Shown here piece after piece: positions 1-8,025 of a DNA stretch of 64,000 bases; the first letter of the stretch is position 1, and every line of letters starts with the position of its first letter. The translations under genes were made by a program, and so were the position numbers. A model generated the notes under the pieces. That model was not told where the DNA came from and ran no database searches. It saw only the letters and a list, made by a program, of their open reading frames with translations. Where the stretch lies: the sequence record KJ019146.1; one strand, written 5' to 3'.

Positions 1-290
1 GTTCTTTCTATATCCCCTCCACACAGGGGGATGTAAGTAGTTTCTGTTTTCCATTTGTAGTTGATAATATGCACTGTTATCTTAAGTTAAAAGAACTTCT
101 AGAAGAATACTATGTTGAGTATCGACCTATTGTGAGTGGTAACCTCCTACGACAACCATTCTTGAGAGAATATTCTGCTGAGTGTCCCAAGGCAGATATA
201 GCCCATGAAAAGGGACTATATATTGGGAATAATCACTTTGTAGATGAGTCTAACTTTCACATGCTAGATGAGATTTTGAGCCAACTTTGA
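1..290 (+). CDS. C-terminal part of a DegT/DnrJ/EryC1/StrS PLP-dependent sugar enzyme (ColD/RfbH-like); 5'-truncated by the window edge
   Basis: Frame is open from base 3 (SFYIPSTQGDVSSFCFPFVV...), with RPIVSGNLLRQP and GLYIGNN motifs typical of this family's C-terminus. Confidence 0.75.
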   Translation, partial: SFYIPSTQGDVSSFCFPFVVDNMHCYLKLKELLEEYYVEYRPIVSGNLLRQPFLREYSAECPKADIAHEKGLYIGNNHFVDESNFHMLDEILSQL

Positions 291-291
291 T

Positions 292-1086
292 ATGACATTT
301 TCATTTAATCATATGGGCAACTTGGGGCATCTGGGAAACCAGATGTTTCAGTATGCCGCACTCATTGGTATGGGGGCTAAGCATGGGAGGAGTATTTGTA
401 TCCCCCATAAACAAAGTTTTGGGCAATCATACTACCAGGATCTTCGTAGTAATATCTACGATGCTTTCAACCTCTCACCCAATGGTGTAGGTATCAGTAG
501 GTTCCCCACAGTTCAGGAAGGTAGTTTCCACTTTGATGAAAACTTATTTGAGAACCCACCAGAGGAGAACTGTAACCTCTATGGATTCTTCCAGAGTGAA
601 AAGTGGTTCTCACATATCAAAGAAGGTATTAGGAAAGAGTTCACTCTAAAGGATGAGTACCGGGAAGTGGCACAACTGATGAGAGAACAACTCTCTGGTC
701 AGGTTGTTGCTATTCATGTTCGTAGAACTGACTACCTATCCAATCCAAACCACGGAGCATTGGGTTTAGATTACTATGAGAAGGCACTGGAGTTGGTTCC
801 CAATAACCTTACAGTAGTTGTATTCACTGATGATCCAGAGTGGGCTAAAGAACAACCACTCTTCCCAGACGATAGGTTCTTTGTATCAGAGACAGACTGT
901 CCCTATACAGACCTTGCTCTTATGAGTATGTGTGATTATCATATTATTGCCAACAGTTCATACTCTTGGTGGGGTGCATACTTATCTGATAGTAAGAAAG
1001 TAATTGCTCCTAAACAGTGGTTTGGGGAACCACTTAAAACAAATAACCTGAAAGATCTTTATTGTGATGGGTGGGTGAAACTATGA
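292..1086 (+). CDS. GT11 family alpha-1,2-fucosyltransferase-like glycosyltransferase
   Basis: GxLGNQMFQYA, HVRRTDY and ANSSYSWWGAYL motifs. Confidence 0.9.
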   Translation: MTFSFNHMGNLGHLGNQMFQYAALIGMGAKHGRSICIPHKQSFGQSYYQDLRSNIYDAFNLSPNGVGISRFPTVQEGSFHFDENLFENPPEENCNLYGFFQSEKWFSHIKEGIRKEFTLKDEYREVAQLMREQLSGQVVAIHVRRTDYLSNPNHGALGLDYYEKALELVPNNLTVVVFTDDPEWAKEQPLFPDDRFFVSETDCPYTDLALMSMCDYHIIANSSYSWWGAYLSDSKKVIAPKQWFGEPLKTNNLKDLYCDGWVKL

Positions 1087-1706
1087 GTAACTTTGCAAGT
1101 GCTAAACAGTTTATCAAGAATGGTATTGATACACAACAGGAGTCTATCTCTGGTGGTGGCAGCACTATGGCTTCCACAGTTGCTTTCAGATACTTCCTAC
1201 CAAAGTATATCAAACAGTATGGTATTGAGAGTATCTTAGACATTGGGTGTGGTGACTGGCATTGGATGTCTACTATCAGAGAAGAGTTTCCTGATGTAGA
1301 CTATGAGGGATGGGATGCCTCTGAGGATATGATTAATCCCATGACTGAGAAGTACGGAACAGAGAATACCAGGTTTGAGGTAAAGGATATCATTGATAAC
1401 AAGTATCCCAAAGTGGATTTGGTTATCGCTCGTGATGTTCTATTCCACCTCAAAGAAGATTACCTAAAGAAGGTTCTCAAGAATATCAGTAAGGCAGGTG
1501 TGAAGTATCTACTAGCAACTACCTTCCCAGGTTTACCTAAGAACGAAGAACTCACTCCTAAGAAATATGACGGTTGGGGATTCAGACCAATCAATCTGGA
1601 TATCGAACCTTATAATATGAAAGATTATTGTATCAATGATTTCAAGGAAACCACAGCTCCCAACAGAGGGTATCATCGTCATGTGTATTTGTATGAGGTA
1701 AAATGA
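1083..1706 (+). CDS. Class I SAM-dependent methyltransferase
   Basis: ILDIGCGD motif I and DLVIARDVLFHL; ATG at 1083 overlaps the upstream stop. Confidence 0.8.
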   Translation: MSNFASAKQFIKNGIDTQQESISGGGSTMASTVAFRYFLPKYIKQYGIESILDIGCGDWHWMSTIREEFPDVDYEGWDASEDMINPMTEKYGTENTRFEVKDIIDNKYPKVDLVIARDVLFHLKEDYLKKVLKNISKAGVKYLLATTFPGLPKNEELTPKKYDGWGFRPINLDIEPYNMKDYCINDFKETTAPNRGYHRHVYLYEVK

Positions 1707-1855
1707 AGATCGAAATTGAACTCTCTAAAGATGTAGAATACAAAGGAGAGAAACTAGGTGAGTATATCTGGAACCTAGAAGAGGGAATTAATCATGTTAC
1801 TGGTTTTGGTGATTCACTTGAGGAATGTTTTAAGGAAATTGTGAGGTTTAGATGA
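1703..1855 (+). CDS. Small hypothetical protein (50 aa, MKIEIELSKDVEY...)
   Basis: Fills the gap, with ATGA overlaps at both ends; too short for the ORF track. Confidence 0.65.
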   Translation: MKIEIELSKDVEYKGEKLGEYIWNLEEGINHVTGFGDSLEECFKEIVRFR

Positions 1856-2583
1856 AGAAAGTAGCTATTATCTTTATTGGAACAGGTAGATACCTAGAGT
1901 TTCTACCAAAGTATTATGAACAGGCAGAAGCAAACCTCTTCCCTGACAGACCCAAACACTACTATGTGTTTACTGATGGTGACTTAGGTAATGAACTACC
2001 TGACAATGTAACTGTATACGAACAGGAACATCTCCAATGGCCATACATCACCCTCTATCGTTTCGGTATTATCCAGAAACACCTAGAGGAGATTGAGAAG
2101 GAGTGTGGTTTCCTACTCTTTATGGATGCTGATACACAGGTAGTATCCCCTGTATCGTTCGATGAAGTATTCAGGAAGGGAAAACCCTATACAGGTGTTC
2201 ATCACCCCTGCCACGCCCTGAATATGCCACCACACAATGAGTTTCCTGGTAGTCTAGAAACTAATACAGCATCCAAGGCAGCATGTAAACCTGGTGATGA
2301 CTTCTCTGTATATTGGCAAGGTTGTGTATGGGGTGGAAACATCAAGGGTGCTCGTAAGATTATTGATACTCTCCACCACAGAACTAAACAAGATGAGGAG
2401 AATGGAATCATTGCTAAGTGGCATGATGAAAGTCATATCAATAGATACTTCCTTGACAACAAAGATAAGGTGAATACCCTATCACCTAGTTTCGCATACC
2501 CAGAGTCCTTCACTGAGTATATGGAAGACTACGAACCTAAGATTGTACACCTAGCAAAAGAGAATTCTAAGTATCAGGTATGA
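1852..2583 (+). CDS. GT6 family (ABO / alpha-1,3-galactosyltransferase-like) glycosyltransferase
   Basis: ATGRY-like start (IGTGRYLEF), FMDAD (DxD) and KWHDESHINRYF motifs. Confidence 0.88.
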   Translation: MKKVAIIFIGTGRYLEFLPKYYEQAEANLFPDRPKHYYVFTDGDLGNELPDNVTVYEQEHLQWPYITLYRFGIIQKHLEEIEKECGFLLFMDADTQVVSPVSFDEVFRKGKPYTGVHHPCHALNMPPHNEFPGSLETNTASKAACKPGDDFSVYWQGCVWGGNIKGARKIIDTLHHRTKQDEENGIIAKWHDESHINRYFLDNKDKVNTLSPSFAYPESFTEYMEDYEPKIVHLAKENSKYQV

Positions 2584-3203
2584 GTTACTTCACAGATTAT
2601 GACAACGAATTCACAGTATTCGAGGCACCAAAGAACGGGGGAACTACTCTCCGTCTTTGGATATACTACGCAGGAACAGGGGAGTTAGTAAAGTCAGCGG
2701 AGTCTGAATACTACGCTGGCACTGGAGAAACATACAAACAACTCCAAGAGTGGGGTTATGTGAATGGGGAATACGAGAACCCCAAGACCCAGATGGTATG
2801 TATCAAGAGAGACCCTGTAGATAGGTTTGTAAGTGCCTTCTATGATAAGGTAATCAAAGAGGGGAGAATCAAAGTAACCATCGATGAGTTTCTCTCAAAC
2901 TATGAAGAGATACTTGATAAGTCTACCCTCAAGATGAATGATGGTAAGACTAACTTCATGAAGTTTCACTTTGAGTCACAGACATATCACTTTGGTAAAG
3001 ATAGAGATCTATATCATAAGGTCTTTGATATCTCAGAGGTCGGTACTGGTTTGAAGAAGTATCTGGAGGGTAAGTGGAATATAGAACTACCTGATGTCCA
3101 TGCTAGAAATAGTGGTGGTGGTAGAAAGTTTGATCTCTCCAGGGGACAACTGAATAGGGTGAAGGAAATCTACACACAGGACTATTATAATGGGTGGTAC
3201 TGA
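2580..3203 (+). CDS. Sulfotransferase family 2 protein
   Basis: PKNGGTT 5'-PAPS loop, RDPVDRFVSAF 3'-phosphate motif and HFESQ. Confidence 0.75.
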   Translation: MSYFTDYDNEFTVFEAPKNGGTTLRLWIYYAGTGELVKSAESEYYAGTGETYKQLQEWGYVNGEYENPKTQMVCIKRDPVDRFVSAFYDKVIKEGRIKVTIDEFLSNYEEILDKSTLKMNDGKTNFMKFHFESQTYHFGKDRDLYHKVFDISEVGTGLKKYLEGKWNIELPDVHARNSGGGRKFDLSRGQLNRVKEIYTQDYYNGWY

Positions 3204-3975
3204 AGGATATATCCTGATAGGTATTGGTGATAGGTACCTACAGATGACAGAGAACCTCACTAAAACTCTAAAGAAACATGGAGATAATAGAGGATCCCTA
3301 ACTATCACAAGATCAGATAATAGGGAACTCTATAGTGAGTGTAACACTGAGTTTGAGAGGAATGGAACTCTACCTAAGATTACCTTAGATAGATACTTAC
3401 CTTTTGATCACAATATATTCCTAGATGCTGATATGTTATGTGTAGGTGATACACAACATGTATGGGATCTATTCAGGAGTAGTGATCAGTTTGTTCAACA
3501 GGTAGGATGTTTGGGAAGAGATCCTAACTTCCATGCTCACCAGTATGAGAGTGAGTTGGGTTTTGAGATTCCTAGAGTCCATGGTGGTTGTATCTACATC
3601 AATAGAGAGAAACTAGACCCAGGGTTCTTTCCCTATATGAGAGAGTGTTTCCTAAACTATAAACAAATATTTCATAATAGTGGTCTAACCTATAAGAATA
3701 GTAGACCAGATCAACCACTATACGCTCTAGCAAATGGTATGTGGGGATTCAAACCTGTGGATCTATACACTAACCCTATCATGACTATCGTGAATGATAG
3801 TACTCCACCACCACTAGATAGTGTATTCTTCAATAAGAAGAGAGGTCCTAAGTTAGATACTCCTGTTCCCTTTGTTCATGTATTCCGTGGAGAAGAGGGT
3901 ATGTCTAGGGGTTATACTAGAGGTGACCAGAAGATGTTGTTGTCCCATTATGATTACTACCTGAACTATGAATAA
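3190..3975 (+). CDS. GT-A fold glycosyltransferase (GT8-like)
   Basis: IFLDADML DxD motif, HGGCIY and DQPLY motifs; cluster context. Confidence 0.6.
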   Translation: MGGTEGYILIGIGDRYLQMTENLTKTLKKHGDNRGSLTITRSDNRELYSECNTEFERNGTLPKITLDRYLPFDHNIFLDADMLCVGDTQHVWDLFRSSDQFVQQVGCLGRDPNFHAHQYESELGFEIPRVHGGCIYINREKLDPGFFPYMRECFLNYKQIFHNSGLTYKNSRPDQPLYALANGMWGFKPVDLYTNPIMTIVNDSTPPPLDSVFFNKKRGPKLDTPVPFVHVFRGEEGMSRGYTRGDQKMLLSHYDYYLNYE

Positions 3976-4756
3976 AACTATATGGATGTGTTGGTTCCAG
4001 GGTTGGGATAAGGCACCAGAGATTACAGAGAAGTGTTTAGAGTCCTGGAAACACTACAATAGTGATTGGGATATTGTTCTACTAGATGAATCCAACTACA
4101 AGGATTACATCTCCATTGATAAAGAACTACCAGGACTGAAGACAAACTATATCTCACTGGGTGATATCCTTCGTCTCTTTCTACTAAAAGAGCATGGTGG
4201 AGTATGGGCAGATGCAACTATCTTCTGCAACAAACCAGTGGATTGGGTTTTGGATTATGAGGATTCTTTCATCTTCACCAGGAAGGATAAGATGATTGCC
4301 TCTTGGTTTGTTGCTGCTCAGAAAGATTCCCATGTTGTAGATGTATGGTATAATAAGATGTTAGAGTTCTGGAAGTATCGTATGGAAAATACAGATACTT
4401 TCGAGCAACAATATGGTTGGATACACGCTTTGTTCCGTCAGTCCTACGCTCAGGATAAGGGGTTCAGGGATATTGTAGATAGTATGGATAAGATTGATTG
4501 CATGAGTGATGGTCAATCTAGAGGTAAGGGTCCGCACTTCTTTGCACCCTACAGTAAATACTTCTACAACCCTATCAGTGACACGATAAAGAATCGTATA
4601 GACTCTAAAGTTGATCCACTATATAAGTTGTCTTACAAGGCAAACACAGACTGGAGAAGTCCAGAGAACAGGGGTATCCACCCAGCAGACCAAAAGATTA
4701 TGTTGGAATATCCAACTAATAGTGAACTACATTATCTACTCAACACATTAAAATGA
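3968..4756 (+). CDS. Capsular polysaccharide synthesis protein / GT32-like glycosyltransferase
   Basis: IWMCWFQG...AP start and DILRLFLLKEHGGVWADAT motif. Confidence 0.82.
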   Translation: MNKTIWMCWFQGWDKAPEITEKCLESWKHYNSDWDIVLLDESNYKDYISIDKELPGLKTNYISLGDILRLFLLKEHGGVWADATIFCNKPVDWVLDYEDSFIFTRKDKMIASWFVAAQKDSHVVDVWYNKMLEFWKYRMENTDTFEQQYGWIHALFRQSYAQDKGFRDIVDSMDKIDCMSDGQSRGKGPHFFAPYSKYFYNPISDTIKNRIDSKVDPLYKLSYKANTDWRSPENRGIHPADQKIMLEYPTNSELHYLLNTLK

Positions 4757-5658
4757 CAAATAAATCATTGGTTACCGGTGGCGCGGGTTTCATCGGGTCA
4801 CATATTGTGGACCGACTTATTACACTAGGACATCAAGTCGTAGTGATTGACAATGAATCCTCTGATGGTCATGATGAATACCATTGGAACAGAAGCGGAC
4901 AAGTACAAAACCATAAGGCAGACATTCGTGACTACGATGCAATCAAACACTTGTTTGGTGGAGTCAATAATGTTTTTCACCTTGCCGCTAAAGCATCAGT
5001 ACAGGCGTCAGTAGATAACCCCCTACCAACTATTGCCACACAGGTAATGGGAACCGCCAATGTATTGGAGGCAGCACGACAATCTGGTGTGAGTAAGTTT
5101 GTATATTCCTCTACTAGTGCTTGTTATGGTAACAACAACCCCATTCCTAATGTAGAAACGATGAGAGAAGATCCTCTCAACGCCTATGCTATTGGTAAGT
5201 TATCTGGGGAACAACTAGTTCGTGCCTATCACTACCTCTATGGTATGAAGACGGTGGCATTCCGTTATACCAATGTATATGGGGAGAGGGCAAGACATGT
5301 AGGACACTATGCTCCTGCTGTTAGTAAGTTCCTAAAGATGAGAGCACAGGGAGAACCTCTAACTATCTTTGGTGATGGTGCCCAACGCCGAGACTTTATT
5401 CATGTATCTGATGTAGTCAACGCTAACTGCTGTATTACCTATGAGGAACTAGAGCAGTGGGGTGAGACCTATAACATTGGTTATGGTAAGAACTGGAGTA
5501 TCCAAGAGATCGCAGACTCTATCAGTCAGGAACAGATTCACCTATCTGCTCGTACTGGTGAGATGCGTGAGACCCTTGCTGATATTGGGAAGGCAAAGGC
5601 AGAGTTGATGTGGAAACCAAAGACTGACATCATGGATTGGATTAGGGTACAACTCTGA
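4753..5658 (+). CDS. NAD-dependent nucleotide-sugar epimerase/dehydratase
   Basis: TGGAGFIGSH Rossmann motif, YAIGK (YxxxK) and RDFIHVSDV. Confidence 0.92.
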   Translation: MTNKSLVTGGAGFIGSHIVDRLITLGHQVVVIDNESSDGHDEYHWNRSGQVQNHKADIRDYDAIKHLFGGVNNVFHLAAKASVQASVDNPLPTIATQVMGTANVLEAARQSGVSKFVYSSTSACYGNNNPIPNVETMREDPLNAYAIGKLSGEQLVRAYHYLYGMKTVAFRYTNVYGERARHVGHYAPAVSKFLKMRAQGEPLTIFGDGAQRRDFIHVSDVVNANCCITYEELEQWGETYNIGYGKNWSIQEIADSISQEQIHLSARTGEMRETLADIGKAKAELMWKPKTDIMDWIRVQL

Positions 5659-6275
5659 TGCCAGTATTTCAGAAGGACAACAAGAAAGTTCTATTCATCC
5701 ATGTTCCCAAGACTGCAGGAAGTTCTGTGAATAAACTCTTTGTGAATAATGGATATGAAATGTCCTACTATTCTGAGAGTTCTAAAGATCTATACAATGG
5801 ATTATGTGGACCGCAACATCTAGACTCACTTCTATTGGAAGATGAGTTCCAAGATTTCTCTCAGTTTGATTATATCTTCTCTATCTTCAGAGACCCAGTA
5901 GACAGACATCTATCTGAGTTCACCTGGGCACCCTGGGGACTAATGGGTAGAAACATCTACACACCAGAAAGATTTGATGAGTGGTGTCCTAAGATATTCA
6001 GGGCGTATCAGGACTCACCATATAGGATGGATAACCACATTAGACCTCAACATGAGTTCTATGTCAATGGATGTGATGTGTATGACTATGAAAATATCAA
6101 TACACTCACAGAGAAACTATGTGATAAAATAGGTCTAGATAATAAAGAGATGCCATATGAAAGGTCTTCACGATATGATAGTGAGGATTATGTCATCTAT
6201 GAAGATACTTACAATTGTATTACTGAATTTTACAAAGGAGACTATCAATGGCAAAAGGATTCAGTCCTGTTGTGA
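5658..6275 (+). CDS. Sulfotransferase family 2 protein
   Basis: FIHVPKTAGSSV, RDPVDR and HIRPQ motifs. Confidence 0.85.
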   Translation: MPVFQKDNKKVLFIHVPKTAGSSVNKLFVNNGYEMSYYSESSKDLYNGLCGPQHLDSLLLEDEFQDFSQFDYIFSIFRDPVDRHLSEFTWAPWGLMGRNIYTPERFDEWCPKIFRAYQDSPYRMDNHIRPQHEFYVNGCDVYDYENINTLTEKLCDKIGLDNKEMPYERSSRYDSEDYVIYEDTYNCITEFYKGDYQWQKDSVLL

Positions 6276-7126
6276 CTAAGGATAAGAACAAGTCCCAGTT
6301 CAAACTACAGGGTGTTCCTAGGATTTACTACATCAGTTTAGATGATCATGCTCATCGTCAAGACTATATGGAGTCCCAGTTTGAAGACTGGGGCATCACT
6401 AACTTCGAAAGAATCTCTGCTCATGATGGTAGAGGTGATAATGATCTGAGTGATATTCTCAAAGGATCTTATCCAAAGATGATGAGTTCTGGTGAGGTTG
6501 GTTGTGTAACCTCTCACCTAAAGGCACTAAAACACTGGTTAGATACTACAGAGGGTGAAGAGTTTCTCCTTATTATGGAGGATGATTGTGATATCTCCAC
6601 TGCTTCCCACTGGGGGTTCTCCTGGAGAGAGTTTGTTGGGAATATTCCATCCCATGTAGATTGTGTTCAGTTAGCAGTTATCAACCCATCAGAACTACAT
6701 ATCAAACTCCATATCAGGTTTGTGAATGATTTCTCCACTGCCTCATACCTAATCCGTAGATCACACGCAGAGAAGTTAGTTAGACTCTATTGTAGGGGTG
6801 ATAAGTATAAACTTGATAGTGATATCAAACCCAGAGCAGTTGCTGATGATCTTATCTACAACTCTGGTGTGACTCTTGCTATGCCTCTATTTGCCTTCAA
6901 GATTGCACTAGGTTCCAGTATCCATGATGTCCATATCAATACCTTCCACAAGAGTAGTCATGATGGTATCTGGGAGTTTTGGAAGAAAACAGCACCAACT
7001 ATTGAGAACTGGAAACCATTCTTCAACTATGATGCCTATCTGGGAACCCTACCACCCAATGTTGTGGTTCAACAATGGCAGCAAAAACAGGAATCCAAAG
7101 CAAAAGATTCAGGGGCTTCGCAATAG
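6248..7126 (+). CDS. GT25 family (LPS biosynthesis) glycosyltransferase
   Basis: YYISLD...R, GEVGCVTSH, LIMEDD and ASYLI motifs. Confidence 0.82.
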   Translation: MAKGFSPVVTKDKNKSQFKLQGVPRIYYISLDDHAHRQDYMESQFEDWGITNFERISAHDGRGDNDLSDILKGSYPKMMSSGEVGCVTSHLKALKHWLDTTEGEEFLLIMEDDCDISTASHWGFSWREFVGNIPSHVDCVQLAVINPSELHIKLHIRFVNDFSTASYLIRRSHAEKLVRLYCRGDKYKLDSDIKPRAVADDLIYNSGVTLAMPLFAFKIALGSSIHDVHINTFHKSSHDGIWEFWKKTAPTIENWKPFFNYDAYLGTLPPNVVVQQWQQKQESKAKDSGASQ

Positions 7127-7145
7127 AACATATATATGTTATAAT
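7117..7145 (+). promoter_or_regulatory. Sigma70-type (early) promoter for hli-petF
   Basis: TTCGCA-17 nt-TATAAT with a TGn extension. Confidence 0.5.
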
Positions 7146-7170
7146 ATTTACATTCACCCATGAGGTTATT

Positions 7171-7290
7171 ATGAAATTTGGTTTTACCCCCGAAGCAGAA
7201 ATCCTAAACGCTCGTTTGGCAATGTTGGGATTCGTTATCGCCGTAGGCACTTACTTGACCACAGGTCAGATTATTCCAGGAGTTCTTTGA
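7171..7290 (+). CDS. hli: High-light inducible protein (39 aa)
   Basis: [17 protein letters not shown] chlorophyll-binding motif; GAGG RBS before ATG 7171. Confidence 0.92.
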   Translation: MKFGFTPEAEILNARLAMLGFVIAVGTYLTTGQIIPGVL

Positions 7291-7583
7291 TGGCGTTTTC
7301 TGTAACACTTAGATCACCTACTGGTGAAGATAAAGTTGTAACAGTGGAGGGAGATCAATACATCCTAGATGCCGCAGAGGAAGCGGGTGTAGATCTCCCA
7401 TATTCATGTAGAGCTGGTGCTTGTTCATCCTGTGCAGGTAAGATTGTATCTGGAAAGGTGAATCAAGAAGACCAGTCATTCTTAGATGATGATCAGATCG
7501 AAGCAGGTTTCGCACTCTTATGTGTATCTTATGCCGAATCTGATTGTGTGATTGAGACGGAAAAAGAGGAAACCCTTTACTGA
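7290..7583 (+). CDS. petF: Plant-type 2Fe-2S ferredoxin
   Basis: [16 protein letters not shown] and GFALLCV motifs. Confidence 0.95.
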   Translation: MAFSVTLRSPTGEDKVVTVEGDQYILDAAEEAGVDLPYSCRAGACSSCAGKIVSGKVNQEDQSFLDDDQIEAGFALLCVSYAESDCVIETEKEETLY

Positions 7584-7588
7584 GACTG

Positions 7589-7738
7589 ATGTCTAATCCA
7601 AACGCTCTATATGAAGATATGGAGAAACTGAATGCCCTCTACGAAGAACTTTGTTGGGGGCATAACGATGAACTACAATTTTCCCATGACGGGGAGAGCA
7701 TTATTATTACCAATAAAACCCAGGAGAAACAAAAATGA
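7589..7738 (+). CDS. Small hypothetical protein (49 aa, MSNPNALYEDMEKLN...)
   Basis: Open frame between petF and hli, stop overlaps the next ATG. Confidence 0.65.
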   Translation: MSNPNALYEDMEKLNALYEELCWGHNDELQFSHDGESIIITNKTQEKQK

Positions 7739-7944
7739 CAGTAACAACTGAAGACGGCGGACGCACAAACATGTACGCCACTGAACCCACTATGTTTATT
7801 GATCCTTCTTACACTGAGAAGTATGGTTTAGAAACACACGCGGAACGAGCTGAAACAGCAAACGGGCGTTGGGCAATGATTGGATTTGTTTCTGGTATTG
7901 TATCCTATGTTATTACTGGTAACTTCTTCTTTGGTGTTATCTAA
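7735..7944 (+). CDS. hli: High-light inducible protein with N-terminal extension
   Basis: AETANGRWAMIGF motif; MTVTTEDGGRTNMYATEP leader typical of cyanophage hli. Confidence 0.9.
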   Translation: MTVTTEDGGRTNMYATEPTMFIDPSYTEKYGLETHAERAETANGRWAMIGFVSGIVSYVITGNFFFGVI

Positions 7945-7950
7945 TATTAG

Positions 7951-7978
7951 AAGGAGGGTTTGATACCCTCCTTTTTTT
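7951..7978 (+). terminator. Intrinsic terminator
   Basis: AAGGAGGG/CCCTCCTT stem followed by a T run. Confidence 0.8.
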
Positions 7979-7985
7979 GTGCTCC

Positions 7986-7993
7986 TATAAATA
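7986..7993 (+). promoter_or_regulatory. T4-type late promoter
   Basis: TATAAATA about 32 nt upstream of the tail-fibre start. Confidence 0.75.
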
Positions 7994-8025
7994 CCTTCTA
8001 GGCACCCACACACCTTCGTATCAAA

